NCBI GenBank assembly: GCA_026770705.1
Contig: JANJGN010000004.1
Location: forward strand, 9,858,001-9,922,000
Source of the DNA: Isurus oxyrinchus
Lineage: Eukaryota
Length of the DNA stretch: 64,000 nucleotides
Direction: 5' to 3'
The notes under the pieces are model-generated. The model worked only from the letters and a program-made list of their open reading frames with translations, was not told the origin of the DNA and searched no databases. Made by a program: the position numbers and the translations under genes. Positions 50,918 to 63,544 of the stretch are shown here, in pieces. Position 1 is the first letter of the stretch, and each line of letters opens with the position of its first letter.

Positions 50918-52251
50918 TTCAGTAAACTTCCTTCGTGGACTACACACATCTTGGTCGAGTGAGACTGGCAGTCTGTAATGTCGCCCCCTTGGCTGATGAA
51001 GCAAAGAACGATGAGCAGGAGCACATATGGATGTACTTTTGCACTTTTACCGACACCCTACCCCATTTTCCTTGAGGTCAAATACCAGCCTCTACCTCAG
51101 AAAGAAGTTCAGCTTTGCAGATGCTGCTTCAGTCAGCTCTATATAAAGCTTTGAATCCTTTACCTCAGTCCTTCAGTTCTGCCCACGTCTCCAGCGCCAA
51201 GTCATGTAGCACACGTCCTGAGTCCTGGAAGTTTTGAGAGTGAAAATCATGCCTTTCCATTCTGATCCATCTCTTTAAATGGCCCAGCTGATTCATAACT
51301 GCTACATCCGGACCTTACACTCTGCCTCCTTTCACATCCCTCTCAATATCAGAAATGCCAAGAATGGGAGGCAGGACTTCCAGATTCGGGTCCCGCCTGC
51401 CTTTTTCATTCTCTCCACTGGGTCTACCTCATCCCATGAAAATCCAGGCTGTCATTTCAGCTGGTAGGGGCTCTCCAGGTTACACATCTTTCCAAGTATA
51501 CTATTCCCTGATTTGTATGTGTGTGAATGACTAAAGTTTTAAAAGAGTTTAGCTACATAGTAGCCCTGGGAATATTCAAGAAATCAAGTTTGAAATAATT
51601 CGATGAACAGGAGTTGCTGGGGCTTACTTTCCATTGTATATTAATTTTCATAAAATGTAGAAGTGTTTAAATACCTGGTTAAAAAGGCATCATTGGGCTG
51701 TTTCTTGTACTAGCTTACTGAGCAATGCTCTAATTTTAAAAATGGGCTACAGAAATTAATGATAGAACACCAAAGGTTTTTGCTTATTAAGGCTTCACTA
51801 AAGGCCAATTCTGAGGAACGTATGCAGAAAAATAGAAGTGGCTATTAACTCCGAGTCAGACTTGGCATTAGTCAGCTTAATGATTCGAATGATTTCCAAG
51901 TATTGTCGGTGATTTTAGAGAACGTGATCTAAAAAAATTAAATTAACGTAGTTAATCAGCACAAAAATTTTGCAAAACTTAACACTTAATACAAATATAT
52001 TAAATTTCATTAGTCCTCTGAAGTCTGTAGCTGCTCTTCCACGCATCAAATAATGCACATACACTCAAATACAGTAGACGTGAAAAATACTAGTATTTCT
52101 CCTGCCCTATTGTTGTTTGGTAGTAATTCTTACAATTAACTTATTTATATAAAAGCAAAATGCAGTAGTTTATATATTGTGCATATTTGATGATTTCTAA
52201 CTACAAAGCCCAGGTACTGAATCCACATACAGACTGTAGCATTTAAACCAT

Positions 52252-53029
52252 GGGCTGCATTTTAAGTGGGTGGTGGGGGATGGGTGCAAGGGACGGACTG
52301 CACCCCTCGCAGGAATTTTGGCCCAAAGGTCACACACACCAAGGAAGCCTGCCCCACAGCCATAACACCCCTCCACGGCTGGGCTAAATCATTTAAGAGT
52401 GGGACTTTAGCCTTAAGTAGGAGGAAGTCCCACCGTCGGGAGCTGCTGGCCAATCTCATTGGCGGCAGCTCCATCAGTCCCAGCAGCGGCAGCGTTCGTT
52501 AGTGGGCTCTGCTGGCACTGTAGGGAAAAGCCCGAAGAGGATCACAGCTGCCCAGGATAGGTAAGTCCTGGGGTTTTAATGCGGGGGAAGGATCCTAGAG
52601 CCCAGCTTAGAGAGGGGAGAGAGAAGGGTGGGGGCGTGGGGGGGCAGATTTTGTAGGGCAGGTGGTGAGGAAGGAAGGGGGCGGGGGTGGTGGCGACATC
52701 TTGGGGATATCCTCGATGCATGCAGGGCACCCCCCAAATGAGTTGCCCCCTCCCTTCCATCTTGCCACTCATTTAAGCCTTAAAAACATGGCCTGCCCAG
52801 TCCTGCCTGACTGCTCCTATCAACTGTATTTGCTGACAAGCCTCAATTGACTTTTAATTGTACATTTAAATATGGCAGGCGGGCTGCCAATTTTAGCACC
52901 TGCCCACCTAGCATATTAAGGGGATTGGGTTGGGGGTGGTGAGAAGGTGGTGGGCTAGCCACCTGACCTATTCTACCAGCCCCCCCCCTCACCAAAAATA
53001 CGTCTGATGGAAGCACGTCAAATCAGCTG
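52252..53029. mobile_element. Non-autonomous Harbinger-type element
   Basis: Starts GGGCTGCATTTT; internal block shared with 24330-24500 and 33930-34070. Confidence 0.55.
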
Positions 53030-53349
53030 TAAGTTTCAAAGGTTTTGGACCAAGTGCTGAATGACTGTCACATTGCTTCAATGGAAAAAGTTCCCTTCAT
53101 CAAAAAATACTCAGGTTTTATTTTACCCAAATACCCCAACCCAGCAAACAAAAACCCTTTGCCTCATTGTAACTTTGTCATCTGATTGTTCTTTGAGCAA
53201 TGGTTAAGCAAAAAAGTCAGGTGAAGCACTTTCCATTTGCACTTAAGCTGACTATAAAATGCACAAGCAAAAAGGTGCAGGAGAAATGGCAAGTGGTCTG
53301 TAATTTGCTTATAGATTATGCACTATGATTGTCAACTACGAAGAGTCCT

Positions 53350-54375
53350 TCAAACCTACAGCCTTCTGAGATCTCTGCACTCTTCAAATTCTGGCCTCTT
53401 GTGCATTCCCCATCTTAATCACTCCACCTTTGCTGGCTGTGCCTTCAGCTGCCCATGCTCTACGCTTTGAAATACCTTCTCAAAACCTCCCCCCTCTTCC
53501 CTTTAAGATGTTCCTTTAAGCCTACCTCTTTGACTAAGTTTTTTGGTCATCTGAATCCATCTGGTCTGAATCCAGTTCTCACTACTGACCTCGAAGAAAG
53601 CTGCCTACAAAGGTGCTCCCTGATGCTTAGATTTCCCCTTTCCTGACATCAGTTTGAATCTGGCACCAAGTCAATGGGATTTTCATGTGTCCAGCAACAG
53701 TGATGTTATTAAGCAGGGTAAGCAGCCAGTCACATTGAAGACCTCACAGGCAGCAACCGGGAGGTAAAAGCCATTGTTTTCACTTATAGTTAAAATTTTA
53801 CAGACAGCAAAATAAACATACACATGGGATTAGTAGAAGCTGAAATATTACAAAACTTTAAAAAATATGTTAAAAATACAAATCTGTTTGATCATAATGG
53901 AGACAATTGTAATTTGATAAATATAAAATTATATTTTCAGGACAGGTAAAACTGTTTAGCCGTAATTAGGAACTTAGGATGCCTTTAAAAAAACAAGGTA
54001 CAACTCACTCAACAAACGAGGTGTATTTTTTTCAAGGGTTTTCACTTTGAGGCTAGTAGTGAAAAGTTTTCATCGGTTCCATGATTTCTAATTGATTTCT
54101 GCCTGGGGTAATTTTAACACCACACTCTATGTAGAAGTGTAGAATCACTGTTAGACATTCCTGTATTTTCATATTTTTAACTGTGCATGTGTGGTCTCCA
54201 GAGGTTGCTGTCAGTTTCAGAGGGATAATGATGGCAAACGCTGACGGGTTTTGCCATCATTATTATTGAAAAATCCTGGCCAAAATCATCTTTGCGGCTC
54301 GGTGTCATATTTTGTTTTGATAATGCTCCTGTGAAGTGTCTTGGGACATTTTACTGCATTATAGGTGCTATGTTC
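53350..54375 (+). mobile_element. L2 LINE 3' end split by a ~53565-54282 non-autonomous insertion
   Basis: tctggcctcttgtgcattcccc..gccttcagctgcc..cctacctctttgac and gctcctgtgaagtgtcttgggacatttt are reverse-complement homologs of 6420-6700; insertion ends aaaatcctggcc. Confidence 0.6.
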
Positions 54376-54956
54376 CTTTGAAGCAACTCTGTTGATCAAA
54401 AAATGTTTCACTTAAATAACCTGAACATTTTTATGTGCCAATTTGTTCTACTGACCCACAAAGATATCATTGTGTCAAAAAGATTTGATCTTCTGATGTT
54501 GTCCCTGTCTGGTTTGATTTCTGTGCCATATGATGGCCTGGTTTTGAATCTACCCTGCCTGCTGGGAGCAGGGGTAGTGGTAATAAGATTTGAGGAATCC
54601 ACAAGTTGGGATTCCTCCTCATGCATTGAATTTGGACTCTACAATCTAATTGTGATGTCACCAATCAGTTCCCCACCCAGAAGTTAGCTTGATTGACAGA
54701 CCTGACTTCCATTCTAATAGAGAACGTGCCGGTGAAGGCCACTGGACAAGGGAGGTCTGTGCTTGGTTTATCAGGGTGGAGGAAAGGGAGGAGGGGTTCA
54801 CCTCAAGGAAATGGTGATCAATCCTGGAGGCAGGGGCGGGGAGAAAGGGGACAGAGATGGGTTGAGCTTGTGGAAAAGACATCCCCTTGGAGGGAGGGGT
54901 GGGTGCAAGGTGTCAGTCTTGGGGGAGGAGGGGTGGTCAATTGCGGAGGATGATGA

Positions 54957-55164
54957 TGTCGTCTCTTATGATCCATTGCCACCAAATATAGTGAGGGTCT
55001 CGATGTAGACCTCAAGAGATCTGTCTTTATGCTGTCTATGAACATCTAACATGGAGGCTGTGCCTTTTATTCTCTCGGCTTACACACGGTGATGTCAGAG
55101 TGATGTCACTATGCAACATGTCAAGGTACATGTCAATGGCTAAATTGGCATGTATACAGTATCA
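54957..55164 (-). repeat. 3' LTR (internally deleted) preceded by a polypurine tract at 55165-55177
   Basis: Shares gagggtctcga.gtagacctcaag and agtgatgtcactatgca..aaggtacatgtca..atacagtatca with 61957-62440; PPT GGGAGAAGGGGG on the minus strand. Confidence 0.85.
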
Positions 55165-56404
55165 GCCCCCTTCTCCCGTTTGATAAAAAGAAAAACTTTG
55201 TAAGAACATACATAACAGTGCATATCAGGCATAACAAGACTGAGTCACGGTATAGTGTCTTCATGCATGAAGATAATATTTTGGTGGGCGTATGATGCAA
55301 CCGTATATTGTTCTCTGCAGGTTTCATGGTACTGAGTTGTGTCCTGTGGTTGTGCATTCATAGGTTGTGTTCTTGGTTGTTCATTGTGGGATCATTTTGT
55401 CCTACAGCGTTGGTACTTGTGTGATCCTCTGCGATTGAGATAACACTCTCTGTGCCTGAGACATCGTCAATTTGCGGTTCTGCATGTGCAATGCAAATGT
55501 GCCAATGGTTCCTTCTGAGGATCTGTTCATTTGGCATCTCAGCTGCATATGACCTTGGCTGTGTGCATTTTCGCAGTATCTTCCCTTGTACCCACGTGAT
55601 CCACAAAACGCATGCTTTGACCTACATGGAACATGTAACCGTCTGCCTCTCTAGCTGTGCTGCTGAGACATCCTCTCTCTTCATTCTAATAGAATATCAT
55701 GAGCTTCTGTCTAGATTGGGAGTAGAGGGGACAGGAGAATGGTGTGGACTTGCCTCCCAAACAACAAATTGGCAGGTGAGGGTAGCCTGTCTCCCTGCGG
55801 TGTGGAACAAAGATTGAGCATCGCGATTCGGGAATCTTGCTTGGTTGCTTTAAACTTCAGACGTTTTATTTATTTATTTATTCATTGTGTTGCTTTCACT
55901 GTCTGGATGGTCCATTGTGCTAACCTGTTGGATTGAGGGTAGTGTGTGGAAGTGATGTTTTACACCTTATTTTGTGCATGGTCCTATATATTGAGGACCA
56001 TTGTCTGAGACAATGGTTTCAGGCACATCAAACATGCTGAAAATTGCAGCGAGTGTATCAACAACCATAAAGCTGGTCATGTCCTTGATTTGGCAAATGA
56101 AAGAGAATTTGTTAAACCAGTCCCTGACCAAAATGTGATCTTCGCCATCTAGATGGAGTAAAATAGTGACTATTTTCGACCATGGGACAGAGGGGATTTC
56201 ATGTGGTAACAATGGTTCTCTGCCCTGCTGGGGTTGCTGCATCTGGCAGGTATGGCATGCCTGTGTATTTTGTCAATGTTCTTGTTAATTCCTGGCCAAC
56301 AAAATGATTCTCTGGCAAGAAACTTTGTGCGTCCGATGTGTACGTGACTTAACATGGTTTGATGCATTGCGTGAGGTATGAGGATTTGCTTGCCTTTGAA
56401 TTTT

Positions 56405-58167
56405 ATCTTATTCATGGGATGTGAATGTCGCTGGCTAGGCCAGTATTTATGCCCATCCCTAATTGCCCGAGAGAAAGTTTTTTTTACTCATTCACAGCAT
56501 GTGGACTGGCTGGGCCAGCATTTATTGTCCATTCGTAGTTGCCCTTGAGAAAGAGGTGGTGAGCTGCCTTCTTGAAATGCTGCAGTCCATGTGGTGTAGG
56601 TACACCCATAGCGCTGTTAGGGAGGGAGTTCCAGGATTTTGACCCAGCAACAGTGAAGGAATGGCGACATATTTCCAAGTCAGGATGGTGAGTAACTTGG
56701 AGGGGAACTTCCAGGTGATGGTGTTCCCATGTATCTGCTGCCCTTGCCCTTCTAGATGGTAATGATCATGGGTTTGGAAGGTGTTGCCTAAGGAGTCTTG
56801 GTGAATTCCTTCTTGAACCGCTGCAGTCCCTGTGGTGTAGATACACCCACAGGTGGTCCTGTGTTGTAGCTTCACCAGGTTGCAACCTCATTTTTATGTA
56901 TGCTGCTCCTGGCGTGCACTCCTGCACCCTCCATTGAACCAAGGTTGCTCCCCTGGCTTGGTGGTAATGGTAGAATGGGGGATAAGCTGGGCCATGAGGT
57001 TATGGTTTGTGATGGAGTGCAACTCCACTGCTGCTGATGGCCCACAGCACCTCATGGTTGCCTGGTCTTGAGTTGCTAAATCTGTTCTAAATCTATCCCA
57101 TTTAACATGTTGGTAGTGCCACAAAACACGATGGAGGGTATTCTCAATGTGAAGATGGGACTTCATCTCCACAAGGGCTGTGCAGTGGGCACTCCTACTG
57201 ATGCTGTCGTGGACAGATGCATCTGCGGCAGACAGGTGAGGTCAAGTATGTTTTTTTCCTATTGTTGGATCCCTTACCAGCTGCTGCAAACCCAGTCTAG
57301 CAGGTATGTCTTTTAGGACTTAGCCAGCTCAGTCTGTAGTGGTGCTAATGAGCCACTCTTGGTGATGGACATTGAAGTCCCCACCCAGAGTACAATCTGC
57401 GCCCTTGCCACCCTCAATGCTTCCTCCAAGTCGCTTTTAACATGGAGGAGTACCGATTCATCAGCTGAGGGGGAGTAATACGTAATAAACAGCAGGAGGT
57501 TTCCTTGCCCCTATTTGAACTGATGCCATGAGACGTCATGGGGTCTGGAGTCGATGTTGAGGACTCCCAGGGCAATTCCCTCCTGACTGTATATCACTGT
57601 GCTGCTATTCCTGCTTGGTCTGTCCTGCCAATGGCACAGGACATACCCAGGGATGGTGATGGTGGTGTCTGGGACATTGTAAGGTTTGTTTCCGTGATCG
57701 TGACTATATCCGTCTGTTGCTTGGCTAGACTGAGAGACAGCTCTCCCAGTTTTGGGACTGACCTTCTGAAGTTAGTAAGGAGGAAGTTGCAGGATTGACA
57801 GGGCTGTGATTGCCATTCTCATTTCCAGTGCCTAGGTCCATGATGGGTGGTCTGTCCGGTTTCATTGCTTTTAGACTTCTTGGCAGTTTGATACAACTGA
57901 GTAGCTTGCTTGGCCATTTCAGAGTCAATCACTTTGCGGTGGGTCTGGAGACCAGACCAGGTAAAGATGACAGATTTCCTTCCTTAAAGGACATTAGTGA
58001 ACCTGATGGGTTTTACAATATTCGTTTCATGGTCATCATTGGACTTTTAATTCCAGGTTTTTATGGAATTCAAATTTACCATCTGCCCTGGTGGGATTCG
58101 AACCCGGATCCCCAGAGCATTACCCTGGGTCTGTGGAATACTAGTCCACTACACCATTGCCTCCCCC
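56405..58167 (-). mobile_element. tRNA-headed, internally deleted LINE family B derivative nested in Gypsy pol
   Basis: A box TGGTGTAGTGG (58146-58156), B box GGTTCGAATCC (58094-58104), then EN peptides LLTN..PKLGELS, DIVTITET, IPGY, VLWVGDFNVHH, RTDLATQD..MRCCGPSAA, then a jump to the family B 3' tail. Confidence 0.85.
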
Positions 58168-61100
58168 AAAATGTGATGTTTCTAGAGTTGCCCAGTTCAT
58201 CTCTGTAGTGCCAAATGATTGGATATTTTTGTGAACATCTTCTTCTTTGTGATCAGGCCAACCTGCACGAATAACTTGCTTCAGCTGTTGAAGCTGTGGG
58301 TCTTTCTGAGTGGCCTGTTGCATCATTTCAGCTTGGCCTTGTCTGAATGGATCAAGTTGATGTGGAGATTGTCTTCCACCTCGTATTCGATATTGTCAAC
58401 ACAGAGGTCTAGAGGCACATCTTTGTTGTTGGCTGGGCTGGGTAACTGACTCAGCTTGTCAGAGGTTGCCATTTTAGAGCTTGGTTTATATTGGACATCA
58501 AGGTCCTAGCCCTGAACCTTTCTCAAGCAGGCGCTGGTGGCAATCTGACCAGGGGTTTTCGGCAATGATCTCCTACGACTTGAGGCCTGTTTAGACCATG
58601 AAGCGTTTTCCAAACAGATACATGTGGAAGTGTTGAATGCCAAATACTAATGCAAGAGTTTTGCGTGCAATGTTAGAGTAATTGGCTTGTGCAGAGTAAG
58701 AACCTTAGTGGCAAAAGCTACAGGCTTATCATCCTGTAGTAGGCATGCCCTTTTGTGATGCATCTGCCTCGAGTACACTGTGCTTGGAGGGGTCATAGTA
58801 TTGCAAGACGCATGAGCTCAAAGACGGGGTATCCTTCAAGCTGTGAAAAATGTGCTGGTGTTCTTCCTGTGGAGGTTCCTGAGTGGGGCAACATTGGCTG
58901 CAAAACCTGTGACATACAGAGATAGAAAGTTAACCAAACTGACTCCTTTGCAGGTCATCCTGGTGTTGTGAGGTAGGCCATGTCATGCATCTTCTATTTT
59001 TACTGGATCAGGCTGAATGCCTTGAGAGGCATAGGTGGAACCGAAAAAATTAATCTGGCTCGCATTGATTTGGCATTTGGCACAATTAAAATCTGGCTGC
59101 CTCCATGAGCATATAGGTTGTTGTCATGTTCTGCTTTAGTCTTACCAACGAGTGCTATGTAATTGGCGACGCATAGGCACCCGGGTACATCTTCTATGAT
59201 GCGGTTCATGTGTTGTTGAAACATGTCTTGACTCACTGAGAGCCCAGACAGCAAGCACAAGAAGCAATACCGTCCAAAAGTGGTACAAAAAGCGGTGAGC
59301 TCTTGTGATGCTTGTGCCAGATACACGGACCAGCAGTCGTTCTTAGCATCCAATTTCAAACAGTATCAGGCACCCGTGAACTTGGGATTCAGTTCCTCAA
59401 GCATGGGGATGTTGTGAGGACATCGCTTCCGTGCCACGTTGAGCTGTCTTGGGTCTAGGCATAAACGTGGACCATCCTTCTCTAGAGTGCAGGTGATGGA
59501 ATTGCACCAGTCTGTATGGTGATCGACTTCCCGGGTGATTTTATTGTAGACCATCATGTCCAACTCTGCCTGCAACTTGTCTTGGATATGGATGCTGCAC
59601 TTTCTCGATGGGCCGATGCTGAGTTGAGTATCATCCTTTAGGTGATGCAGTGCGCACCCCTGAAGTTTCCGATGGAGCCGAAGCAACCTGGATACATGGG
59701 TGTAAGGTCCTTATGGAGTCAATTCTTCCTTTGGTACTTTCCTGTGTGGTGATAGCGGCCTCTGTCACATCATAGATAGTAACCATGTGCACGTCACTGC
59801 AAGCGGGCAAACCAATGATTGTCGAGCCACTGGTTTTCACAACATAAAAAAATCTCCTGTGTCCACCTTGATCTTCTGTATTGGCATTGTATTGTGATGG
59901 TGCAAATGCACAGGATGTCAGACTTGTAGGTGGCAAACCGGTCAGATGTTGACTGGTATACTGTGCCTTTGTCCCATATATGTGGTGTTGAGAACGTGCA
60001 ATGTTAAGATGTTGGCACTTGCAGCGGTATCAATTTTCGCATGTGTGGTATATTGTCTGTCGTGCTGTTTACAGTGGCAAATGCGTCGGCTTGTCTGACT
60101 CCATCCACATGGTGAGTGAGGTTGACAATATGTACAGTCCAGCCTGGATCTGTACACTGTGGTGTATGGGGGTTGTTGGGGGGTGGGGGGAGAGGGGGAT
60201 GCCTTCACTTCATTGATATGTTTATGATTTGCAGGGTGAGCTCTGAAAGGGTCATTAGTGTCAGATTGTTGTGGAATCCTTGTTTGTTGTAAGTTTTGTA
60301 CTTTGGGTATGTCTGGTTTGTTGTGTCAGAGACACATTTTTACCCAACGCCCTCTGGTGAAGCATAGTTTGCAATTGTCAACCTATGCTGGATATTGCTT
60401 GGGTAAGTGCAAAAGACCACACCCCACGCAGGGTTTGGGAGTCTTTGATGTTTTGGTTACTGTGGCAATGGCAGATTCATGATCAAGGGCTTGAAGGTGC
60501 TGTTCACCAGCCACTAATGACTCAAACTTTCTACCTTCATCCAGTAGTGCATTTATTGAGTAACCTTTGGCTTTATGTTGTAGCATTTTTTTGGAAAGAC
60601 TTTTGGGCGTTGAAGCGCTGCCAAACTCCATCAATCTCCACAAGATCATCAGCATTGAAGTCACATTTGGCTCCTTTGCACCGGTATCTGTTTATAAATT
60701 GGTTGATGCTTTCACTGGGCAGTTGGCGGCACAACATCTATTCTAGCGTGTGAATTCTGAATTTAACTTGGACCTTCAGTTTATTTTCGATGAATTTGAA
60801 GATTTTACAGGGGTCTTCTTGGTCTTCATCAGATAGACTTGATGAGTTTAAATGCATTAGCCCCTTGCTGTCAAGATTAATTAGTAATCTGGTGGCCTGT
60901 TTCTCTTGTTCCTGTGCCTGCTGGTCTACAAAATGTAAGCACATCTTCTGTCTAAAGAGTTAAAATTCTGCAAAAAAGATCTCCTCGCTAGTTCGTAGTC
61001 AAATCTCTATTTGTCATCGTGATGTTTTTGGTTACTGGCTGCACTGGGTGCTACACACATATAGTTGCTGAGTGCTGTGTCTCTCTGGATAAGAATTTGT

Positions 61101-61940
61101 ACTTGCTGCCTTTGTTGTCCTTGTGCTATTAGAGAATGGATGCTGCAACAATGTATAACTGCAGCCTCATAAAGAGCTTGCTTCTCCTCTTACTGTATAT
61201 TTTAAAAGTAGCACTTTAGATGCTTGGCTTCTTCTAATATGGCTTGACATAAGGAGAAATAATTATAAATTGCAGATCTTTATATTGCAGAGATTGTGCC
61301 TTCTTGTTGTTTCTGTTGCAGCATTGAAACTGTACTGTTTCATTCTGTTGGGTTGCTACCATGCCTCGATTGGCGGGGTCGGAGAGCTGGCTTTGGTGCC
61401 AAAACTGAAAAAAAACAAAAATGGTGGAACCAACCGACAGTCGTGCTGACCTCTGCCAGGAGCCACTGGAACTTGCCCCTCCCGGCCCTCTCATTGTGGG
61501 GTATGTTTGTTTTCTTGTCCAAACAAACTCAACGCTCTAGCCTTCACTTGCTAGGTTGAGCGGCTTACAAATAGCTGATCCCGACAGTCAAATAAAATGA
61601 AACCTGCTGCCCAAATCACTGAACTTACAGTGAGGTCTTCACTCGCTCCTGAACTCAGATGTTTGTTGGAGCTAATCTCTGTGCCTAATGTCGGATGCCA
61701 AGTTCTTGTGGTTGAAGAACTGGACCTTTTTTGTTTGTAAACCGAAGCACCTGGACTGAAGTTCCCTGTGAGTGACTTCCCTTAAAGTGCTGTAGTTACA
61801 GACTGTCCTTCCTTTGGGGGGTCTGGATTGGAACTGGGTAAGTGGAATCACTACCATTGGTTTTGCTGCTTAAGGATCTTCTGCCTTGTATTCTGGTATC
61901 TTCAGAAATTATCTCGCTGCTCCGAGATCTTTAGAAGTCA

Positions 61941-61956
61941 CCATTGCTGCCAACCA
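61941..61956 (-). promoter_or_regulatory. Primer binding site, tRNA-Leu-like
   Basis: TGGTTGGCAGCAATGG immediately after the LTR end; resembles the complement of the tRNA-Leu 3' end (TGGTGGCAGCGGTGG). Confidence 0.65.
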
Positions 61957-62445
61957 TGTCATGGTCTCTTACAGGAGGTGGGGGAGGTAGGGGCGGGGAG
62001 TGGTGATGGGGTGGGGGGTCTGCTGCCGCCATTGATATTGAGGGTCTCGACGTAGACCTCAAGGCATCTGTCTCTATGTTAACTGTACTAAGTAAGACAT
62101 TGAGACTGACAAGGGTTCAGGTCAAACACAATTACATAAAGTTTATTACTCGCAACAACTATATACAGCTTTGCACAGGCCTTGATCTAGCTTGGGTCCT
62201 AACAGTTACATAGGCTGATTACTTGACTATATGCCTGACTCATAAGGTATACATAAAATCTTACTGATACAGTGTCATGGACAGCAGTGAACATCTGCAG
62301 TAGAGATCACAGGCAGCAGTGAACAACTAACATGGGTGCTTTTATATTCCAGCCACACACACAGTGATGCCATAGTGATGTCACTATGCAGCTTCTTAAA
62401 GGTACATGTCATTGTCTTCATTGGCCTGCATACAGTATCACAACA
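61957..62445 (-). repeat. 5' LTR
   Basis: TGTCATG...CACAACA termini (TG..CA), minus-strand AATAAA at ~62142, flanked by the PBS and the TSD. Confidence 0.85.
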
Positions 62446-63544
62446 GATGATATTGATAGCGGGCGTGGTTCCAAGGAAAGGGAGACATCGGATGCCTTAG
62501 TTGGCGGACGTCCAGAGGATATTCAGTGGCTTGGTAGAAGGGAAATTGGAGACCTGAGAGGGTGATTAGAGGATTGGGAAATTGATCAAAGGGCTGGTGG
62601 AGAGGTCAGAGACCTTGTGGGGTTATAGAGGTCAGAGGCCTTTGTGGGGATATATTTGGAGGCTTTGTGGAGAAATTCACAGAAGGTGGAGCGCAAACAT
62701 GGGTGTTGCCCAGGCTGGCATGCTAGATCCAGTAGTTCTTACCTAAGTGAAGCTTGTGGGTTTCTGTGGGAAACCCAGCCAACCACAGTTAAAGCTGAAA
62801 AGCTGAATAACGATGAGGCTTGCTGTCCCATTATCATATGCATTCTTTCAGATGAGACATTAAACATTAAAAAAGTTTGGAGAGTCTCTATGTCGCACAG
62901 TTTTAACCACCTCGCAGGAATCTAAAGGCTCAGCATGTGCCAGTGAGGTCCATTGCTCTAAATCTTGATGGCACAAAGGTGGGGAACAATATTGGGGTGA
63001 TGTTCAGATGTACACGTGGGCATGAGGTAACACAGCAGGCAGACAGGATCACAAAGGAACTCTGAGTTTTGCTTCATATGTAAGGCACACACAAGGCTGA
63101 TGGAAAGTACATGAAGTCCAATGAAATGAGCACTGACTCAATGCCATAACCATTCAATCCTCTAAGATCCACATTGAGTACCCTACAATGAAAAAGCATC
63201 GGGAGACTGAAACAGCCTCCATGTTCTAAACCCACGGGGCAACATTATATGAACCTCTGAAGTAGTTCTCAGGTATGCCCTGGCTAATCAGCAAGTTTGT
63301 AGAGATGCAGAGGCTTCATTCATGTCAATACAGCACAGAGAATGGTCAGGCACAGTAATGCGATGGTCCTAGTCACCATGGAGCTGAGGCAGATGATGGA
63401 ACATCTGGGAGGTGGGGGGCATCTGTGACTCTTGACAAACCACAGAGCGTTTCAACAGATGGAAGAAGCATACACAAACATGAGAAGTGGAATGAATCAA
63501 AATCAATTTACAGTTTTGAAGTCAATAGATTGTGTCACCCATAC

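Larger units (their letters stand above)
47397..51450. mobile_element. Decayed Harbinger transposon with two nested LINE fragments
   Basis: Imperfect TIRs GGCCTGGAGTTTTA / TGAAAATCCAGGCT; contains a transposase remnant; TSD not clear. Confidence 0.72.
54957..62445 (-). mobile_element. Decayed Gypsy/Ty3 (Mag-like) LTR retrotransposon
   Basis: Order gag (CVGCGLLH zinc knuckle) - protease (KIDTAASANIL) - RT (RLCLDPRQLN, KLDAKN..W, TTFGRYCF) - RNase H (ADAS) - integrase (H..GRTKFLARESFCWPGI, IVSDNGPQY); two LTRs; 5-bp TSD GATGA at 54952-54956 and 62446-62450. Confidence 0.9.

Noticed and set aside
54408-54626. Host coding exon
   Set aside because: At most resembles a retroelement integrase C-terminal tail; no splice or homology support
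58085-58167. Genuine tRNA gene (also 34792-34885)
   Set aside because: A/B boxes are present but I could not form a cloverleaf, and the sequence continues into a repeated retroposon body
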